NCBI GenBank assembly: GCA_902542165.1
Contig: CACBTF010000002.1
Location: forward strand, 8,446-72,445
DNA: 64,000 nt
Reading direction: 5' to 3'
Source: an uncultured Pelagibacteraceae bacterium
GTDB taxonomy: Bacteria > Pseudomonadota > Alphaproteobacteria > Pelagibacterales > Pelagibacteraceae
Numbering within the stretch: the first letter of the stretch is position 1; every line of letters starts with the position of its first letter. Both the position numbers and the translations under genes were made by a program. Below the pieces are notes generated by a model that worked only from the letters and a program-made list of their open reading frames with translations, ran no database searches and was not told the origin of the DNA. Of this stretch, positions 13,578-25,637 are shown piece by piece.

Positions 13578-14314
13578 ATATTTTTACAATTTGGACTAAT
13601 CTGTATTTTAGATTTCCTAATATTCATTTTTAGGGAATCAAAAATTAAAATATTACCATTAAGATCATCTTTAAGACCTAAAATGGTTTTTATAACCTCA
13701 TTCGCTTGTAAAGAGCCCAACACACCGGCAACAGGGGGAAATATTCCCTCTAAATCACAATTCGCTTCTTGAAAAGGCTTTTGTGGCATAAAACATCTAA
13801 AACAAGGCGTTTTTTTCTTAAAGTTAAATTTAAATAGATGACCGTCAAATTTACTTATTGCAGCTGAAATTAAGATTTTTTTATTTTTTTTACAATAATC
13901 ATTGATTAACAATCTTGTATCAAAATTATCTGTACCATCACAGATAACATCATATTTTTTTAAAATTGAATTAATATTTTTTTTTGAAATTTTAATTTTG
14001 AAAGTCTTTATTTTTATTCGATTATAAATTTTTTTAATTTTTACTTTTGCTTGATTAACTTTATATTTACCGAGATCAAAAGAATCAAATAAAATCTGTC
14101 TGTTTAAATTTCCCAACTCTATTTTATCATGATCTACTATTCCAATATTACCTACACCGGAAGAAGATAAATATGAGAGTAATGGGCAACCCAGTCCTCC
14201 AACCCCTATAATCAAAACTTTAGCCTTTTTAATTTTTTTTTGACCGGATATTCCAATTTTTTTTAAAATAATTTGTTTTTCAAATCTTTTAAATTCATTA
14301 AGATTTAATGCCAT
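13565..14314 (-). CDS. HesA/MoeB/ThiF-family adenylyltransferase
   Basis: GVGGLG, NLNRQ, DGTDNFDTR, CFRC and C-terminal CxxC-type Zn ligands. Confidence 0.9.
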   Translation of the reverse strand: MALNLNEFKRFEKQIILKKIGISGQKKIKKAKVLIIGVGGLGCPLLSYLSSSGVGNIGIVDHDKIELGNLNRQILFDSFDLGKYKVNQAKVKIKKIYNRIKIKTFKIKISKKNINSILKKYDVICDGTDNFDTRLLINDYCKKNKKILISAAISKFDGHLFKFNFKKKTPCFRCFMPQKPFQEANCDLEGIFPPVAGVLGSLQANEVIKTILGLKDDLNGNILIFDSLKMNIRKSKIQISPNCKNICKN

Positions 14315-14317
14315 TGA

Positions 14318-14758
14318 TTATTTAATTCCTGTAGATCCGAATCCGCCAGAGCCACGTTCTGTGTTCTCTAACTCTGTCACCTCTATTAATGTTGCTTTTA
14401 TAACTGGACATAAAACCATTTGTGCGATGCGTAATCCTTTTTCTACAACAAAAACTTTATCACTTAGATTGATTAATATTACTTTAAGCTCTCCTCTATA
14501 ATCAGCATCAATTGTACCCGGGGTGTTTAAAACACTTATTTGATTATTTGCTGCTAATCCGGATCTAGGCCTAATTTGAACTTCAAAATTTTTTGGAATT
14601 GCAACAGCTAATCCTGTAGGAATAACTTCAGATTTACCAGGGAGAATCTCAATCTGCTGATCTATATTAGCAGCTAAATCTAGACCTGATGAACCTTCTG
14701 TTTCATATTTAGGTAAAATTACGTTTTTTGATAACCGTTTAATTAATATTTCTGTCAT
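14318..14758 (-). CDS. dut: dUTP diphosphatase
   Basis: GLDL, RPRSGLA, GTIDADYRGE, RIAQ, RGSGGFGSTG; ATG at 14758. Confidence 0.97.
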   Translation of the reverse strand: MTEILIKRLSKNVILPKYETEGSSGLDLAANIDQQIEILPGKSEVIPTGLAVAIPKNFEVQIRPRSGLAANNQISVLNTPGTIDADYRGELKVILINLSDKVFVVEKGLRIAQMVLCPVIKATLIEVTELENTERGSGGFGSTGIK

Positions 14759-15965
14759 CAATCAATTTATCCAATAAAAATTGAGCAATTTTATTAGCAA
14801 TAAAACTTTTTTTATTTTTCGGTATTATTTTTATGTTTCCTTTTTGATCTATCATTGAAACCTTGTTGAAGTCAGAATTAAAACCAATCTCTTTTTTAGA
14901 AATATCATTTGCAAAAATTAGATCACAATTTTTATTTTTCATTTTTTGCATAGAATTTTTAATTATATTTTTTGTTTCTGCAGAAAAACCAGCTACTATT
15001 TTTGGTCTGTTTCTATTATTTTTTGATAAAAAATCTAAAATATCATTATTTTTAATAAAGCTTATTGATTTAAAATTAAGTTTTTCTTTTTTAATTTTAT
15101 TTTTACTCTTTTCAGCAGGCTTAAAATCAGATACCGCTGCGGTACACACAGCTAAATCTACAGGTAAAGTTTTTTTTACCTCGTTTAACATTTCGTCTGC
15201 TGAAATTATTTTTTTAACTTTAACACCTTTGGGAGAGACTAGTTTAGAAGGACCAGTTATTAATGTTGTTTTTATTCCAAGTTTATTAAGCGCTATAGCA
15301 ATTTCATAACCTTGTTTACCACTTGACTCATTAGAAATATATCTTATTGGATCGATATACTCACGTGTAGGTCCTGCAGTTACTAAGGCTTTAAGGTTTC
15401 TCTCTTTAACAATATTTTTTTTATCAAAGTAATTTTTCAAATATGAAAAAATTTGTCTTGGACTTGACATTTTGCCTTCGCCAAATTCCCCACACGCCAT
15501 TTCACCTTTTTCAGGTCCAATAAATAAATAACCAAAATCTTGTAATATTTTTAGATTTGACTGTGTGGCTTTATGTAACCACATCCTAACATTCATAGCT
15601 GGCACTAAAAGAATATCTTTGTCCGCAGCTAACAAAACAGTAGTTGCTAAGTCTTCAGCTTTTCCTATTGATAGTTTGCTCATAAAATTGGCAGTAGTTG
15701 GCAGTACTATAATGATATCGGCCCATCTAGAGAGCGCAATGTGATCTATTTCTGCCTCTGCATCACTATCAAACATATTCTCAAATGTTTTTGATTTTGT
15801 TAATGTTGATAAGGACAAAGGTGTTACAAATTCTTTGCCGCTTTTTGTAAGAATAGTTTTTACATCTACGTTATTTTTCTTTAGTAATCTTATCAAATCC
15901 AGTGATTTGTAGGCTGCTATACCGCCACCTATAATAACTAAGATTTTTTTATTTTTTAAAGTCAT
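14739..15965 (-). CDS. coaBC: Bifunctional phosphopantothenoylcysteine decarboxylase/synthetase
   Basis: GGIAAYKS, HIALSRWAD, PAMNVRMW, LVTAGPTREYIDPIRYISNESSGKQG, GFSAET. Confidence 0.96.
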   Translation of the reverse strand: MTLKNKKILVIIGGGIAAYKSLDLIRLLKKNNVDVKTILTKSGKEFVTPLSLSTLTKSKTFENMFDSDAEAEIDHIALSRWADIIIVLPTTANFMSKLSIGKAEDLATTVLLAADKDILLVPAMNVRMWLHKATQSNLKILQDFGYLFIGPEKGEMACGEFGEGKMSSPRQIFSYLKNYFDKKNIVKERNLKALVTAGPTREYIDPIRYISNESSGKQGYEIAIALNKLGIKTTLITGPSKLVSPKGVKVKKIISADEMLNEVKKTLPVDLAVCTAAVSDFKPAEKSKNKIKKEKLNFKSISFIKNNDILDFLSKNNRNRPKIVAGFSAETKNIIKNSMQKMKNKNCDLIFANDISKKEIGFNSDFNKVSMIDQKGNIKIIPKNKKSFIANKIAQFLLDKLIDDRNIN

Positions 15966-15974
15966 TAACCTAGA

Positions 15975-17534
15975 TTAAAATACTAACAGGGCGACAATTA
16001 CAATACCAAAAAAACTTATTACAACATTATTTCTAAAGTTTTTTAATTTCATCTGTTCCATTTCTAAGTTTTTATTGTTTATACCTAAATTTAATTTACC
16101 TTCAGCTACAAGTTTTAATGCGTATTCCGCTTTATCCATCAAACCAGGAAAATCGGGTATTCGTTTAATTATTTCAGCAGATGTATTTAGAGCAGTATCA
16201 ATTGTTGATTTTGGACCTTTTAAGTTTTTTAGCCATTCCTCTAAAACAGGTTTAGATACTTCCCAAATGTTTGTATCTGGGTATAATTTTCTTGCGACTC
16301 CTTCTACGACAACCATTGTTTTTTGAAGTAGTAATAACGGCGGTTGAGTAGCCATATTAAATTTTTCTGTGATTTCAAATAATTGAGCGAGTAAATTTCC
16401 ACCAGAAATATCTTTTATAGATTGGCCAAAAATTGGTTCGCCTACAGAACGTAATGCTTGCGCAAATTCATCCTTAGATGAATTTTGAGGAACCAATCCA
16501 GCTTGAAAATGAACTTCTGCAACTTTAACATAATCTCGTTTTATGAAACCATATAAAATTTCAGCTAAAAATTTCCTGTTATTTTTATCTAGTCTGCCCA
16601 TAATTCCAAAATCAACAGGAACAATATTTCCTTTTGGATCTACAAATAGATTGCCTTGGTGCATATCGCCATGAAAAAAACCATCTCTAACAGCTTGTTT
16701 TAAAAAATGCTGAATTAAATTTTCAGCTAAATATTTTAAATTTATACCTTGATCTTCTAATTTTCTTTGTTCCCTAATTGAAACACCATTTACTTTATCT
16801 AGAGTAAGTATTTTCTTCGTTGTATAATTCCAATAAATTTTTGGCACATTAAAACCTTTATCAAGCTTTGTATTTTCGTATAATTCATTAGCTGCAGCAG
16901 CCTCAAATCTCAAATCCATTTCAATATTAGTAATTTCTCTTAAAAGGTGCACCACTTCTACTAGTTTTAATCTCTTAGCTTTTGAAATTGTACTTTCAAC
17001 GATATAAGCGAACAACATTAGAGCATCCAATTCCTCATTAAATAATTTTTCTATATCTGGTCGTAAAATTTTGATTGCTACTTCTTTTTCTTGGTTTTCA
17101 TTTTTAATTTTAGCAAAATGAACCTGAGCAATAGATGCTGCCGCTATAGGTTCGCCTATTTCAATAATATTTTGATATTGTTTTTCACCAATTTCTTTTT
17201 TAATTACTTTTTTTGCTTCATATAGCTCAAACGCAGGAACTTTATCTTGAAGTTTTTCTAAATCTTTTGCCATATCCTCCCCGATTATGTCTGGTCTAGT
17301 GGCTAAAAACTGTCCAAGTTTTATAAATGTAGTCCCCATACCTTGAAGTGCTTCGCAGAGGTTTTGACCTGGCTTATTATTTTGCAAATTAGTACTTTTT
17401 GAACCAATTGAAATTAAACTAAAAAATAAATTTATTGATACTGGTATTTGATGTACTTGATTAATTGTATCGATTGCACCTGATGTAGACAGTTTTCTAG
17501 CAATTTGAAATAATTTAAAAACTCTTTTTAACAT
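15975..17534 (-). CDS. ubiB: Ubiquinone biosynthesis kinase-like protein UbiB
   Basis: FIKLGQFLATRPD, AAASIAQVH, GFFHGDMHQGN, DFGIMGRL. Confidence 0.96.
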   Translation of the reverse strand: MLKRVFKLFQIARKLSTSGAIDTINQVHQIPVSINLFFSLISIGSKSTNLQNNKPGQNLCEALQGMGTTFIKLGQFLATRPDIIGEDMAKDLEKLQDKVPAFELYEAKKVIKKEIGEKQYQNIIEIGEPIAAASIAQVHFAKIKNENQEKEVAIKILRPDIEKLFNEELDALMLFAYIVESTISKAKRLKLVEVVHLLREITNIEMDLRFEAAAANELYENTKLDKGFNVPKIYWNYTTKKILTLDKVNGVSIREQRKLEDQGINLKYLAENLIQHFLKQAVRDGFFHGDMHQGNLFVDPKGNIVPVDFGIMGRLDKNNRKFLAEILYGFIKRDYVKVAEVHFQAGLVPQNSSKDEFAQALRSVGEPIFGQSIKDISGGNLLAQLFEITEKFNMATQPPLLLLQKTMVVVEGVARKLYPDTNIWEVSKPVLEEWLKNLKGPKSTIDTALNTSAEIIKRIPDFPGLMDKAEYALKLVAEGKLNLGINNKNLEMEQMKLKNFRNNVVISFFGIVIVALLVF

Positions 17535-18239
17535 TTAAATTTTCCACCCAGAATGTATAGCTGAGATACCATTAGAGAGATTTCTATATTCCACATTTGA
17601 AAAGCCATTTTTAGTTATTATTTCCAAAAGCTGTTCCTGATTATAAAAATCATCTATGCTGTTTATTAAATACTCGTATGGCTTAGATGATCCTGCAAAA
17701 TATTTTCCGAGGGTAGGTATAAATTTTGAATAATTCTTATATAAAAAATTTAAAAATTCATTATCTATTTTTGAAAATTCTAAACACATAAAACGACCGC
17801 CAGTTTTTAAAACTCTATAGGCTTCTTTTAAAGTTTTGTTAATATCAGAAACATTTCTTATACCATAGCTAATTGAGTAAAAGTCGTACATATTATCTTT
17901 AACAGGTAAATCCTCTGCCCTAGATTTGATCCATTCAATATTCTTTAAATTTATAAGATTGTTTTTTCCTTTTTTAAACATTTCTTCATTTGGCTCTATG
18001 CATGTAATCATTGACAAATTTTTGCTTCGTAAAGAAAATAGTTTTGCTATATCACCTGTGCCAGATGCAACATCAATTAATGAGGAATTACGAGAAGGAT
18101 TCATCCAGTCAATAAATTTATTCTTCCAAATACGATGTATCCCTAGAGACATAATATCATTCATCAAATCGTATTCATTGTAAACTTTTGAAAATACAGA
18201 ATTGACTAATTTTGTTTTATCTTGAATAGTACTTTTCAT
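17535..18239 (-). CDS. ubiE: Ubiquinone/menaquinone C-methyltransferase UbiE
   Basis: YDLMNDIMSLGIHRIWK, DVASGTGD, YGIRNV, RVLKTGG, CLEFS. Confidence 0.95.
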   Translation of the reverse strand: MKSTIQDKTKLVNSVFSKVYNEYDLMNDIMSLGIHRIWKNKFIDWMNPSRNSSLIDVASGTGDIAKLFSLRSKNLSMITCIEPNEEMFKKGKNNLINLKNIEWIKSRAEDLPVKDNMYDFYSISYGIRNVSDINKTLKEAYRVLKTGGRFMCLEFSKIDNEFLNFLYKNYSKFIPTLGKYFAGSSKPYEYLINSIDDFYNQEQLLEIITKNGFSNVEYRNLSNGISAIHSGWKI

Positions 18240-18250
18240 AACTTAATTAT

Positions 18251-19120
18251 ATGCCAGAATTACCAGAAGTTGAAGTTGTTAAAAGGTCCTTAATTAACAA
18301 AATACAAAATTTAACTGTAAAAGCTGTCAAAATTAATGATGGTGGATTAAGATACAATATTGATAGAAATAAAATTAAAAAAATTATTGGATTTAAAATT
18401 AAAAAAATTTTAAGACGATCTAAATATCTTTTATTTTTCTTTGATAAAGAAATTGTAATGCTAGTTCATTTAGGCATGACAGGAAAATTTTTTTTTATTA
18501 ATAATAAAAAAACAAAATATAAAACTTGTTTTTATTACGATCTAGACGATTATAAAGACAAAAAACACGATCGTATAATTTTTAATTTATCAAGTAATCA
18601 AAAACTTATTTATAATGATATAAGAAAATTTGGTTTTATAAAGTTTGTTAAAAAAGCTTATCTTGATCAAAATTTTCACTTAAAATATTTAGGACCAGAA
18701 CCATTAAGCACTAAATTTAATATTAGATATTTTAAAAATTATATTAAAGGAAAAAAAAGAACTGTAAAAGATCTGTTAATGGATCAAAAATTTGTTTCCG
18801 GACTTGGTAATATTTATGTAAATGAGATTCTGTTTTTTAGTAAATTAAAACCCTATAAAGAAATAAAAAAGCTTTCAGACAATGAGATTAAAAAGATTAT
18901 AAATTTTACTAAAAAGGTTCTTACAAAAGCTATAATTTTAGGCGGTTCTTCTATAAAAGATTTTTCTAGTAGTAGTGGAAAAAAAGGTTCATTTCAGCAA
19001 CATTTTAGTGTTTACGGTAAAAAAGGGGATAAATGCATAAAAAAAAATTGCAAAGGAATGATAATTAAAATTTTTATATCGAACCGTTCAACGTATTACT
19101 GTGCTAAATGTCAAAAATAA
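18251..19120 (+). CDS. mutM: Formamidopyrimidine-DNA glycosylase
   Basis: N-terminal PELPEVE, HLGMTG, GLGNIY, C-terminal Zn finger. Confidence 0.96.
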   Translation: MPELPEVEVVKRSLINKIQNLTVKAVKINDGGLRYNIDRNKIKKIIGFKIKKILRRSKYLLFFFDKEIVMLVHLGMTGKFFFINNKKTKYKTCFYYDLDDYKDKKHDRIIFNLSSNQKLIYNDIRKFGFIKFVKKAYLDQNFHLKYLGPEPLSTKFNIRYFKNYIKGKKRTVKDLLMDQKFVSGLGNIYVNEILFFSKLKPYKEIKKLSDNEIKKIINFTKKVLTKAIILGGSSIKDFSSSSGKKGSFQQHFSVYGKKGDKCIKKNCKGMIIKIFISNRSTYYCAKCQK

Positions 19121-19165
19121 TAAAGTTGACCGTATTAAATTGCACATATATATAATCGTAAAAAT

Positions 19166-19426
19166 ATGCCGAATACTAAATCAGCAATTAGACGCGTAAG
19201 AAGAGTTAAAAAACAAACTCAAGTTAATAGAATAAGAAAAAGTAAGTATAAAAATGCCGTTAAAACAATGGAACAGTTATTGAAAGGTAAAGAAACAGAG
19301 AAAGCAAAAAAAAATTTTTCAAAATTTCAATCAATTCTAATGCAGGTTGCCAAATCCGGGATCATAAATAGAAATACAGCAGCGAGAAAAATTTCTAGGA
19401 TTTCAAAAAAAATTTATTCTAAATAA
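19166..19426 (+). CDS. rpsT: 30S ribosomal protein S20
   Basis: MPNTKSAIRR, NRIRKS, GIINRNTAARKISR; upstream of dnaA. Confidence 0.95.
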   Translation: MPNTKSAIRRVRRVKKQTQVNRIRKSKYKNAVKTMEQLLKGKETEKAKKNFSKFQSILMQVAKSGIINRNTAARKISRISKKIYSK

Positions 19427-19641
19427 TCAATTTAAAGTTGATAAAAAAAAAAAAGTTATTCTACATTTAGTATCATGTTACCAAATATAGAAAGTTCGCT
19501 CATGTAGTTGAAAAATCTTTTTAATTCTATCTGAACGATAATTGTACAACCGGTTTATAATTTTATTTCTAATTACAACCTCTACATAGTTGCAAATAAT
19601 TTTCAAAAGTCGTTATTAGGAATCTCTAAATAAAATTCTAC

Positions 19642-21033
19642 ATGGAAAATAATAATTTTAAAAAACAAAACGCTTTTATTTCAGAAGAGGAAAAGACTTT
19701 AAACTGGGATGAAATACAGAGCGCCTTTAAAAAAACTTTTGGCACTGAAGTTTACAATAGCTGGTTAGAAAAAATTACTCTAGTTAAAGAATATAACGAT
19801 TATTTGGTTCTTGGTGTCCCAACACGTTTCTTTAGAGATTGGATCGTATCGAGATATTTGGATAAAATTCTAGAACAAGTAAAAAATTTTAAATTAACAC
19901 TTAATAGAATAGAATTTAAAATCATAGATGAAAATAAGCAAAATCAAGAATTTATAAAGATTGATGAGCTTAATAAAGTAACTGAGATTAAAGACTCAAT
20001 TTTGAACTATAACAGGTTAAATCCTAACTTGAATTTTAGTAGCTTTTGCCAAGGGAAAAGTAACGATATTGCCTTATCATATTCAAAAAAAGTTTGTGAA
20101 CATATTTCACGTTACAACCCCCTTTATTTGTGTGGGGGAGTGGGTCTTGGAAAGACTCATCTGCTAAATGCTATTGGTTTAGAATTGCAGAATAATAATA
20201 ATGTAATGTTTATTTCTGCTGAGAGATTTATGTATCATTTTATTAAATCGATTAAGAAAAATGATATGGTAAATTTTAAAGATTTTTTTAGAAAATCATC
20301 TGTTTTCATCATAGACGATATCCAATTTATTAGCGGCAAAGAGAGTTTGCAGGAGGAATTTTTCCATACTTTTAATAGTTTAATGGATAAAGGTTCACAA
20401 ATTATTATTTCTTCAGACCGAGCACCTATGAAATTAGATAGAGTTCAGGATAGAATAAAATCTAGACTAGCCGGTGGTCTTGTAGTTGATATTGAAGCGC
20501 CTGATTTAGAATTAAAGATTAAAATAATTAAAAAGAAAATAGAAGAGATAGAAAACCAATTCAAAGAAAACATCAATGTTAGTGAAGAAGTTATTACTTT
20601 TATAGCTAGTGAAAGTAAAACTAACATCAGAGAACTTATAGGAGTGCTGAATAGAGTAATAGCGTTTAGCAGAGTTCATAATAAAGAATTAACTATTAGT
20701 GACTGTAAAAGTATTTTAAAAGACGTATTTAATCAAATTAGAATTATTACAGTGGACAAAATACAAAACGTTGTCTCTAATTATTTTAATATAGCTCTAA
20801 GTGAAATGCTTTCACAGCGAAGATCAAGACCATTAGCTAGACCAAGACAGATAGCGATGTACCTGGCAAAAAAAATGACAACAAGATCTTTGCCTGAAAT
20901 TGGAAGAAGATTTGCAAATCGTGATCATACAACGGTCATTCATGCAGTTAAAACTATTACGAGATTATCCGAACAAGACGATGAGATGAAAAAAAATATA
21001 AGTCAGATTAAAAGCTTATTATTAGAACAATAA
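19642..21033 (+). CDS. dnaA: Chromosomal replication initiator DnaA
   Basis: YNPLYLCGGVGLGKTHL, IDDIQF, QEEFFHTFN, RPRQIAMYL, SLPEIG, RDHTTVIHA. Confidence 0.98.
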   Translation: MENNNFKKQNAFISEEEKTLNWDEIQSAFKKTFGTEVYNSWLEKITLVKEYNDYLVLGVPTRFFRDWIVSRYLDKILEQVKNFKLTLNRIEFKIIDENKQNQEFIKIDELNKVTEIKDSILNYNRLNPNLNFSSFCQGKSNDIALSYSKKVCEHISRYNPLYLCGGVGLGKTHLLNAIGLELQNNNNVMFISAERFMYHFIKSIKKNDMVNFKDFFRKSSVFIIDDIQFISGKESLQEEFFHTFNSLMDKGSQIIISSDRAPMKLDRVQDRIKSRLAGGLVVDIEAPDLELKIKIIKKKIEEIENQFKENINVSEEVITFIASESKTNIRELIGVLNRVIAFSRVHNKELTISDCKSILKDVFNQIRIITVDKIQNVVSNYFNIALSEMLSQRRSRPLARPRQIAMYLAKKMTTRSLPEIGRRFANRDHTTVIHAVKTITRLSEQDDEMKKNISQIKSLLLEQ

Positions 21034-21037
21034 CTAA

Positions 21038-22153
21038 ATGCAATTTGTTGTTAAAAGAGACATCTTATTAAAATCATTAAATTTTGTTCAAGGTGTAGTC
21101 GAAAAAAAAAATACATTACCAATTCTTTCGAATGTATTGCTTCAACTTAAAGATAAAAAATTATCAATTATTGCAACTGATCTTGATATCATATTTTATG
21201 ATGAAATTATTGATGTAAAAATAATTAACGAGGGAAGCACCACTACTTCTGCAGCAATTTTATATGACATTTTAAGAAAAATTTCCTCTAATTCAGAATT
21301 GAACTTTAATTTAAAATCAGAAAATAAATTAAGCTTAAAGAGTGAAAATGCTGACTTTAATCTTTTGTGTTTACCAACTGACAATTTCCCAACTTTTGCT
21401 GATGAATTTGAAGGGCAGAAAATTTCATTAAACAATAACAGATTTTTAAAACTATTAAATAAAACAAAAATCTCAATATCTAACGATGATACTAGGCATT
21501 ATTTAAATGGAATTTTTCTACATTTAACTGAAGCTCATGGACGAAACTTTCTGACTGGTGTTGCTACAGACAGCCATAGACTTTCATCAAGTAGTCTTGA
21601 GATAGAAAATGCTGCGGATTTTAATTCTTTAATTCTTCCGAGAAAGACTGTATTTCAGTTATGCTCTCTACTCGCAGAGTCGTCTGATCAACTTTTAATG
21701 CAAACAGCTGACAATAAAATTAAGTTTAGTTTAGGTAATATAAAGCTAATATCCAAAGTTATAGACGGAAAATTCCCAGATTATAACAAAGTTGTTCCAA
21801 AATCGAACGATAAAACTCTCGAAGTATCCTCTAAAGATTTCATAAACTCAATCGAAAGAGTAGCAAGTGTATCACTTGATAGAAAAGAGGGAGTAAAATT
21901 ACTCATCAATAAAGATAATGTTCAACTTTCTGTTAATAGCGCAAACTCTGGTGAAGGAAATGAAAAAATAAAAGCTAGTTTTAATTCTGACAATCTAAAT
22001 ATAAGTTTTAACTCAAAATATTTGATAGAAATTGCATCTGAGATTGAAGATAAGAAATTAAAAATGAATTTAAAAGACTCTACTTCACCAGTTTTGGTTG
22101 AAGATGCTTCTGATAAAAATAGTTATTACGTAATAATGCCAATGAAAATCTAA
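21038..22153 (+). CDS. dnaN: DNA polymerase III beta clamp
   Basis: PILSNVLL, ATDLD, TRHYLNGI, VATDSHRL, IDGKFPDY, YVIMPM. Confidence 0.97.
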   Translation: MQFVVKRDILLKSLNFVQGVVEKKNTLPILSNVLLQLKDKKLSIIATDLDIIFYDEIIDVKIINEGSTTTSAAILYDILRKISSNSELNFNLKSENKLSLKSENADFNLLCLPTDNFPTFADEFEGQKISLNNNRFLKLLNKTKISISNDDTRHYLNGIFLHLTEAHGRNFLTGVATDSHRLSSSSLEIENAADFNSLILPRKTVFQLCSLLAESSDQLLMQTADNKIKFSLGNIKLISKVIDGKFPDYNKVVPKSNDKTLEVSSKDFINSIERVASVSLDRKEGVKLLINKDNVQLSVNSANSGEGNEKIKASFNSDNLNISFNSKYLIEIASEIEDKKLKMNLKDSTSPVLVEDASDKNSYYVIMPMKI

Positions 22154-22253
22154 ATTTAGAGAAATATGATTTTTTTTTATTTTTTGCTCTAAAAGGGTTG
22201 GTAAGTAATAGTTTTAAGTCACTCTGGTTGTACATGATTTTCTATTCGTTTGA

Positions 22254-24341
<2,088 letters not shown>

Positions 24342-24345
24342 ACAA

Positions 24346-25629
24346 ATGGATTTTTCGACCCTCTTTAGGACAAAAGAGAACTTAAGCTTAGATAAAAATA
24401 CATTAACAATCTTGAGGTATATAGCCACTATTGGACAAATCTTGGCAATTAGCATTGTTTTTTATTACCTAAATTTACCGTTTCCAATTATAGAAAGTTA
24501 TTTGATCATTTCATTGGGTTTAGCCACAAACTTATATCTTCAATTTGCGATTAAAATTAATCAACTAAAAGATTTTTATGCAGCTCCTTTTCTCCTTATT
24601 GATTTGTTACAACTTAGTGCGCTTCTTTATTTAACAGGAGGAATTTTTAATCCTTTTTCTTTTCTGTTAGTAATCCCAGCCATTGTTTCCTCGACATTTC
24701 TAAGTATGGGTACAACAATTATTTTAGGTTTAATAACATCATTACTTTTATTAACCATATCATTTTTTCATTTACCTTTGCCAGGCGAAAATATGAATTT
24801 GTTACATTTTCCAAATTTTTATAAAATTGGAATTATCATTTCTATATTAATTGGCTTAATATTTTTGAGTTATTTCGGAATTCGTTTCTCTGGTGAAAAA
24901 AAGAAAACAGAAGAAGCTTTTAAAAAACTTCAAGAGGTTATTTATAAAGAGTATGAACTAGAGTCTTTAGGTGGGCAGGCAGCAGCTGCAGCACATTCTC
25001 TAGGAACGCCTCTAGCAACAATAAGTGTGGTTGCTAAAGAATTGAAAAAAGAAATTGGTGAAAACAATGAGCTATCTAAAGATATTGATTTATTAATCAG
25101 TCAATCTAAAAGATGCAGTGAAATTCTAAAAAGAATTTCAAAAAAACAAATAGAGGAAGACAAATTTTTTAGCTCGACAAAATTAGAGAATTTGCTTGAG
25201 GAAATCATAAATTCTTTTAAAGAAACTTCGTCGAAAAAAATTACTTTAGTATTTGATAACGATAAAAATAAAATTGACATCCAAAGGTCAGCAGAAATGA
25301 TTTATGGTTTGAGGAATTTTATAGGCAATGCGATTAAATTTTCAAAAAGTAAAGTTAATATTTTTTTGATTAGTGATTATAAAGAAATCAAAATTATTAT
25401 AAATGATGATGGACCAGGATTTCCCAAGGATATTATTACTAAATTGGGAGAACCATATATTAAATCAAGATCATTAGAATTAAGTTCAAACTCAGGCTTA
25501 GGCCTAGGAACTTTCTTAGGCAAAACTTTATTGGAAAGACAAAATGCTAAACTATTGTTTAAAGAGGATAAAAATTTAGGTGGTGCTTCAGTAGTAATTA
25601 GCTGGTCTCCTAAGAATATTTTGCTTTAA
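24346..25629 (+). CDS. regB: Redox-sensing histidine kinase, RegB/PrrB/ActS family
   Basis: Multiple TM helices, LYLTGGIFNPF (GGxxNPF quinone site), AAAAAHSLGTPL, RC redox Cys, DDGPGF, GLGLG. Confidence 0.92.
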   Translation: MDFSTLFRTKENLSLDKNTLTILRYIATIGQILAISIVFYYLNLPFPIIESYLIISLGLATNLYLQFAIKINQLKDFYAAPFLLIDLLQLSALLYLTGGIFNPFSFLLVIPAIVSSTFLSMGTTIILGLITSLLLLTISFFHLPLPGENMNLLHFPNFYKIGIIISILIGLIFLSYFGIRFSGEKKKTEEAFKKLQEVIYKEYELESLGGQAAAAAHSLGTPLATISVVAKELKKEIGENNELSKDIDLLISQSKRCSEILKRISKKQIEEDKFFSSTKLENLLEEIINSFKETSSKKITLVFDNDKNKIDIQRSAEMIYGLRNFIGNAIKFSKSKVNIFLISDYKEIKIIINDDGPGFPKDIITKLGEPYIKSRSLELSSNSGLGLGTFLGKTLLERQNAKLLFKEDKNLGGASVVISWSPKNILL

Positions 25630-25637
25630 GAGTAAGC

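Noticed and set aside
19427-19641. Replication origin between rpsT and dnaA
   Set aside because: No clear TTATCCACA DnaA boxes; only an A12 run and CTACAT repeats. oriC is often unlinked from dnaA in alphaproteobacteria.
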